Assembly (NCBI GenBank): GCA_016787005.1
Contig: JAEUTS010000340.1
Location: forward strand, 1-36,672
Direction: 5' to 3'
Source: Bacteroidia bacterium
GTDB taxonomy: Bacteria; Bacteroidota; Bacteroidia; JABDFU01
Length of the DNA stretch: 36,672 nt
Positions within the stretch are counted from its first letter, which is position 1. Every line of letters begins with the position of its first letter. Under the pieces are notes generated by a model. The model worked only from the letters and a program-made list of their open reading frames with translations. It made no database searches and had not been told where the DNA came from. Below, in pieces: positions 32,058 to 36,672 of this stretch. The translations under genes were made by a program, and so were the position numbers.

Positions 32058-34130
32058 ATGAAAATCAAGATCGGTACTTTGGCATTGGCTCTCATGGTTG
32101 TTACAACCATTTCTGCTCAGCAACCTTCACATTATTGCGGTACCAGTGAATTAGATAATCAGTTACTTATAGATCATCCTGAAATTTTAATTGAACGTCA
32201 GAAGTTGGAGGACTTTACACAGAAGTTCATTCAAAATCAGGCTGCTCAAAAAACAGCAAATGTTATTTATACTATTCCTGTGGTTTTTCACATCATTCAT
32301 AATTATGGTTCGGAAAATATTTCTGATGCCCAGATTTATGATGAAATGAAGGTACTTAATAGGGATTATAATAAACAAAATGCTGATACAGCAAGTGTTA
32401 TTGCTTCGTTTAAATCGAATGTTGCGAATGTTGGAATTAATTTTGTACTTGCACAAAAGGATCCAAGCGGAAATTGTACCAATGGAATTGACCGTATTGC
32501 GAGCCTTAAAACGTATACGGGCGATAATAGTGCAAAATTTAATCCATGGCCCAACAATAAATATCTAAACATTTGGGTAGTCAGAAATATTTCAAGCGGA
32601 GCTGCCGGATTCGCATATTATCCCGGAGGCACCTCTGCTTCAACTGACGGGATTATGGTCTTAAGCAATTATGTCGGATCTATTGGTTCCAGCAGTGTTA
32701 ATAATTCAAGGGCCATTACTCACGAGGTTGGCCATTATTTGAATCTCAGACATGTGTGGGGAAGTACAAATGATCCTGGAGTATCTTGTGGCGATGACCT
32801 GGTTTCGGATACTCCCCAAACCAAGGGTTGGGATTTTTGTCCGGCGGCTGCAAATGCAAAAATATGCAATACCAGTATTATCGAAAACTACCAGAATTAT
32901 ATGGAGTATTCTTATTGTTGCAATATGTTCACAAATGGACAGGCATCACGTATGATAGCAGCCTTGAATTCAAGCACAAGCGGCAGAAATAATTTATGGA
33001 CAACCGCAAATCTTACTGCAACAGGAGTTAATTCTGCCCCTAACCTGTGTAAAGCGGATTTCTCTACAACAAATAATAAAACGGTTACTTGTGAGGGAGG
33101 TACTATTGTATTTAATGATGCTTCCTGGAATGGTACGCCAACTACTTATTCGTGGTCATTCCCCGGTGGTACACCAAGTACTGCTACAACCCAATCTGTA
33201 ACTGTCACATACCCAACGGCCGGAGTTTATAATGTTTCATTAACAGTTAGTGATGGCACCTCTTCTCCTTCAGTTACCAAAACGAATTTAATAACTGTAT
33301 ATTCTACCACAGCTATGACTGCTGTGCCTTTTACTGAGGGCTTTGAATCCGGTGGAGCTGTTCCAAATGCCAATTGGATGGTTTCAAACCCTGATAATAA
33401 GATTTATAAATGGCAAACTACTACGGCTGCGAAATACAGCGGAACTTCCTGTGTTATGGTAAATAATTTTAGTAATGATACAGCGCAGATAGAAGAATTA
33501 ATGGGTCCAACAATTGATTGTACCAAGTTGGGCAACCCTAAGATGTATTTCAAAATTGCCTACGCTCAAAAAGACGCCAGCAGTAATGATCAGCTTAAGA
33601 TAAATATTTCCACCAATTGCGGTGTTTCGTGGATTGTTAAGAAAACTGAATCCGGAAATAACATGAAAAGTGTGCCTCCTCAGGCTACAGCTTTTACTCC
33701 TACCTCAACCACTCAATGGAGGAATGATTCTGTAACTAATCTTAATGTAGGTTCCAGTAGTAATGTCCGGATCAAATTTCAGTTTATTAATGCAGACGGT
33801 AATAATATTTACATTGATGATATAAATATTACCGGATCTACATTAACAGGCATTAACGATGAATTATCCGACAATTTGGATTTTCACATTTATCCTAACC
33901 CTACTCAGGACAGGTCAATAGTTGAGTTTAATCTTATAAATAATTCTAAAGTATCAGTTAAACTGTTTGATATTTTAGGGAATGAGGTACTCGACCTGGT
34001 TAATGGGCAACAATTAGCCGAAGGAAATTATAAATTTCCTATTAGCAGAAATGCAATGAGTTCAGGTGTTTACTTCGTCAGACTTATGATAGATGACCGG
34101 CTGTTTGCACAAAAGCTGCTTTTGGAATGA
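32058..34130 (+). CDS. Secreted M43-family zinc metalloprotease with a PKD domain and a T9SS C-terminal sorting domain
   Basis: HEVGHYLNLRH zinc motif and the NYMEYS...FTNGQASRM Met-turn region. A PKD-like repeat follows (YSWSFPGGTP...GVYNVSLTVSDG). The CTD is FHIYPNPTQDRSIVEFNL...GVYFVRLMIDDRLFAQKLLLE. Confidence 0.85.
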   Translation: MKIKIGTLALALMVVTTISAQQPSHYCGTSELDNQLLIDHPEILIERQKLEDFTQKFIQNQAAQKTANVIYTIPVVFHIIHNYGSENISDAQIYDEMKVLNRDYNKQNADTASVIASFKSNVANVGINFVLAQKDPSGNCTNGIDRIASLKTYTGDNSAKFNPWPNNKYLNIWVVRNISSGAAGFAYYPGGTSASTDGIMVLSNYVGSIGSSSVNNSRAITHEVGHYLNLRHVWGSTNDPGVSCGDDLVSDTPQTKGWDFCPAAANAKICNTSIIENYQNYMEYSYCCNMFTNGQASRMIAALNSSTSGRNNLWTTANLTATGVNSAPNLCKADFSTTNNKTVTCEGGTIVFNDASWNGTPTTYSWSFPGGTPSTATTQSVTVTYPTAGVYNVSLTVSDGTSSPSVTKTNLITVYSTTAMTAVPFTEGFESGGAVPNANWMVSNPDNKIYKWQTTTAAKYSGTSCVMVNNFSNDTAQIEELMGPTIDCTKLGNPKMYFKIAYAQKDASSNDQLKINISTNCGVSWIVKKTESGNNMKSVPPQATAFTPTSTTQWRNDSVTNLNVGSSSNVRIKFQFINADGNNIYIDDINITGSTLTGINDELSDNLDFHIYPNPTQDRSIVEFNLINNSKVSVKLFDILGNEVLDLVNGQQLAEGNYKFPISRNAMSSGVYFVRLMIDDRLFAQKLLLE

Positions 34131-34156
34131 TTTATAGCTATAATATCATTTGATTG

Positions 34157-34188
34157 AAGGTCGCCCGGCTATTCGGGCGACCTTTTTT
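34157..34188 (+). terminator. Rho-independent terminator after the M43 protease gene
   Basis: Perfect 11-bp stem AAGGTCGCCCG/CGGGCGACCTT with a 6-nt loop, followed by a T run. Confidence 0.8.
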
Positions 34189-34229
34189 GTTTTAATGCCA
34201 TGTTTTTTGACATATAGGTCTGTGTTTTG

Positions 34230-34237
34230 TAGATTTG
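34230..34237 (+). promoter_or_regulatory. -7 box (TAGATTTG) for the paa operon
   Basis: Exact TAnnTTTG, 29 nt upstream of ATG 34267. Confidence 0.45.
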
Positions 34238-34266
34238 TAACAAAGGAAAAACAATTATTTTGAAAT

Positions 34267-35217
34267 ATGGTAAAGGACGAAAAAAAACTGCTGGCGGAGT
34301 TTCAGGCTAAAATTGATAAAGGAGTTAAGATTGAACCCAAAGATTGGATGCCCGAACATTACCGGAAACAATTGATACGGATGATGTCACAGCATGCCCA
34401 TTCCGAAATTGTAGGAATGCTGCCTGAAGGCAACTGGATCACGCGTGCTCCCAGTCTGCGCCGTAAGGCAATATTGCTTGCAAAAGTGCAGGATGAAGCA
34501 GGACATGGTATGTACCTTTACAGTGCGGCTGAAACCTTAGGTATTGATCGCACTGAAATGCTGGAGCAGCTGCATACAGGAAAAGCAAAATACTCAAGCA
34601 TATTCAATTACCCTACTCTTACCTGGGCTGATATTGGCGCAATTGGCTGGCTGGTTGATGGGGCAGCTATTATGAATCAAACAGCTTTGGCAAAAGGATC
34701 TTATGGCCCTTATTCACGTGCTATGGTTCGTATATGCAAGGAAGAAAGTTTTCATAATCGACAAGGATATGAGATCATGTGTTCACTGGCATTTGGTACT
34801 CCCGAGCAGAAGGCAATGGCCCAGGATGCGCTTAACCGTTGGTGGTGGCCTGCCATAATGATGTTGGGACCAAGTGATGATAACTCGCCTAATAGTGCCG
34901 AGCTAATGAGTTGGAAAGTTAAAATGGAGAGCAATGACAGTATTCGTCAGCGGTTCATCGACAGGACAGTTCCCCAGGGAGACCATATAGGACTAACTTT
35001 TCCTGATCCATTGCTGAAATTCAATAAAGAAACCGGGCATTATGAACATGGTCCTATTAATTGGGAAGAATTTTTTAACGTAGTGAAGGGGAATGGCCCA
35101 TGCAATAAAGCACGTTTAAAAGCCCGTGTTGACGCAGATAAGGACGGCAAGTGGGTTCGTGAAGCAGCGGAAGCTTATGCAATGAAACATACTGAAAAAG
35201 AAACGTTGGCAGCATAG
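34267..35217 (+). CDS. paaA: 1,2-phenylacetyl-CoA epoxidase subunit A
   Basis: 316 aa di-iron ferritin-like protein with EAGHG and EESFH motifs. Its position is first in the paaABCD order. Confidence 0.9.
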   Translation: MVKDEKKLLAEFQAKIDKGVKIEPKDWMPEHYRKQLIRMMSQHAHSEIVGMLPEGNWITRAPSLRRKAILLAKVQDEAGHGMYLYSAAETLGIDRTEMLEQLHTGKAKYSSIFNYPTLTWADIGAIGWLVDGAAIMNQTALAKGSYGPYSRAMVRICKEESFHNRQGYEIMCSLAFGTPEQKAMAQDALNRWWWPAIMMLGPSDDNSPNSAELMSWKVKMESNDSIRQRFIDRTVPQGDHIGLTFPDPLLKFNKETGHYEHGPINWEEFFNVVKGNGPCNKARLKARVDADKDGKWVREAAEAYAMKHTEKETLAA

Positions 35218-35283
35218 AGGCAATTGAGAATATTTAATTTGAGAGGTAGTAATTCAGTACAGGTTAATTCACAAAAATAAAAA

Positions 35284-35577
35284 ATGGAGAAAAAAGACAC
35301 TCAATGGCCCCTTTGGGAGATTTTTATTCAGGCTAATCCCGGAATTCCACATAAACATGTAGGCAGTTTGCATGCACCTGATGCCGAGTTAGCCATTCAA
35401 AATGCCCGTGATGTTTATACCAGGAGAAATGAGGGTATAAGTATTTGGGTGGTTGAAGCTAAAAATATAAGAGCCTCAAGTCCTGAAGATATTGGTTCGT
35501 TTTTTGAACCAGCCAATGATAAGGTATATCGTCATCCCACTTTTTACAAAGTTCCGGATGGGGTAAAGTATTTGTAG
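35284..35577 (+). CDS. paaB: 1,2-phenylacetyl-CoA epoxidase subunit B
   Basis: 97 aa with the WPLWEIF...HVGSLHA pattern typical of PaaB. Confidence 0.85.
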   Translation: MEKKDTQWPLWEIFIQANPGIPHKHVGSLHAPDAELAIQNARDVYTRRNEGISIWVVEAKNIRASSPEDIGSFFEPANDKVYRHPTFYKVPDGVKYL

Positions 35578-35649
35578 TAGTATAAGTTTAAAGTTTCATG
35601 TCTTCAGGTTGGTTAAACCTGAATCCATGGATCTGAAACCAGAGAAAAA

Positions 35650-36408
35650 ATGGAAATACATAAAGCACTTTTTGAATATTGTTTAAGGCTTGCTGACAGT
35701 AGTTTAATTCTTGGCCAGCGTTTGGGTGAATGGTGCGGACACGGACCGATTCTGGAGGAGGATATTGCTTTAACAAACATATCTCTTGATTTTGTGGGAC
35801 ATGCCACGGCGTTACTGCAATATGCAGCAAAGGTCGAAGGAAAAGGCAGAACGGAAGATGATCTGGCATACCATCGCAGCGAAAGAGAATTTAAAAATGT
35901 TTTGTTGGTTGAGCAGCCCAATGGGGATTACGCTAAAACAATAGCCCGTCAGTTTTTATTTGACACATTTCAATATTATTATTACCAGGCTTTGCAGGAG
36001 AGCAAAGATGAAACCCTGGCTGCGTTAGCCCAAAAATCATTCAAGGAAATAACCTATCACCTTCGTCATAGCTCTCAATGGGTATTGCGGTTAGGTGATG
36101 GAACTGCCGAAAGTCATGAGCGTATTCAAAATGCGATTAACGATTTATGGATGTTTACCGGCGATTTGTTTGATATGGATGAAGTTGACGCACTGCTTAT
36201 TAAGGAAGGAATTGCTGCAGATCCGGGCCAGGTAAAGCAAAAATGGAATGATCACGTAGCTGAACTATTTAAAAAGGCTACCCTGCAAATGCCAGCCCCA
36301 ACCTATATGCAGCGAGGCAGCCGGGAAGGAAAGCATACCGAACACCTCGGTTATTTATTGGCCGAAATGCAATACTTACCCCGTACATTTCCCGATGCCA
36401 AATGGTGA
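35650..36408 (+). CDS. paaC: 1,2-phenylacetyl-CoA epoxidase subunit C
   Basis: 252 aa with the N-terminus LRLADSSLILGQRLGEWCGHGPILEEDIALTNISLD typical of PaaC. Confidence 0.85.
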   Translation: MEIHKALFEYCLRLADSSLILGQRLGEWCGHGPILEEDIALTNISLDFVGHATALLQYAAKVEGKGRTEDDLAYHRSEREFKNVLLVEQPNGDYAKTIARQFLFDTFQYYYYQALQESKDETLAALAQKSFKEITYHLRHSSQWVLRLGDGTAESHERIQNAINDLWMFTGDLFDMDEVDALLIKEGIAADPGQVKQKWNDHVAELFKKATLQMPAPTYMQRGSREGKHTEHLGYLLAEMQYLPRTFPDAKW

Positions 36409-36481
36409 TTACTCTCATCTGTCAGGTCATTTATAGGCTTCAAATGGGCATACCCCGGAAACTGACAGGTCTTAAAAAAAA

Positions 36482-36672
36482 ATGATACCCGGAACACATA
36501 CAAAAGCAGAGGTGTTAAACCTTCTTTCCGAAATCCCGGATCCGGAGATACCTGTCATTAACATAAAAGAGCTGGGAATCCTTCGTGATGTTGAATTAAC
36601 AGCCAATGGATGTATTGTAACTATTACACCTACTTATTCAGGCTGTCCTGCCATGAAACTTATCGAGGATCA
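36482..36672 (+). CDS. paaD: Phenylacetate-CoA oxygenase subunit PaaD (PaaJ-type), N-terminal part (runs off the window)
   Basis: Hand translation from ATG 36482 gives MIPGTHTKAEVLNLLSEIPDPEIPVINIKELGILRDVELTANGCIVTITPTYSGCPAMKLIED. The DPE.P...LG and TPTYSGCPA motifs are present. Confidence 0.8.
   Translation, partial: MIPGTHTKAEVLNLLSEIPDPEIPVINIKELGILRDVELTANGCIVTITPTYSGCPAMKLIED

Overview
This looks like core chromosome from a Bacteroidota genome. That inference rests on T9SS-type C-terminal sorting domains on three secreted proteins, TAnnTTTG -7 promoter boxes upstream of many genes, and the pdxJ / CBS / nadK / DUF6089-like / uppS / bamA / skp-skp / murI gene order. I call about 38 protein genes and one tRNA(CAT). 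I see no rRNA, CRISPR array, transposase, integrase or phage genes. From left to right the window holds: the 5' part of the atp operon (atpB-atpE-atpF'), a 4-TM protein and a PIN-PhoH ATPase, tRNA-Met, a HAD hydrolase, methylmalonyl-CoA epimerase, an orphan family-5 solute-binding lipoprotein, a DUF4139-like protein, typA, a dipeptide epimerase, a deoxyhypusine-synthase-like gene, a secreted PLD-family protein, the envelope-biogenesis cluster, a gamma-CA/pterin-dehydratase operon divergent from a trans-sulfuration PLP enzyme, a secreted M43 metalloprotease, and paaABCD' running off the right edge. I did not find a convincing multi-gene novel system; there are no defence-island or mobile-element signatures. 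Four things stand out. (1) An 87-bp mirror-symmetric array of eight ATTCGTA-type heptamers fills the whole divergent intergenic region at 30382-30468. (2) An untracked 25-codon Lys/Ala-rich ORF is wedged against a strong bidirectional terminator at 14428-14505. (3) The deoxyhypusine-synthase homologue has no obvious partner genes. (4) A tightly coupled PIN-PhoH + 4-TM gene pair sits upstream of the atp operon. All functional calls come from reading the translated ORFs and motifs; no database search was run.
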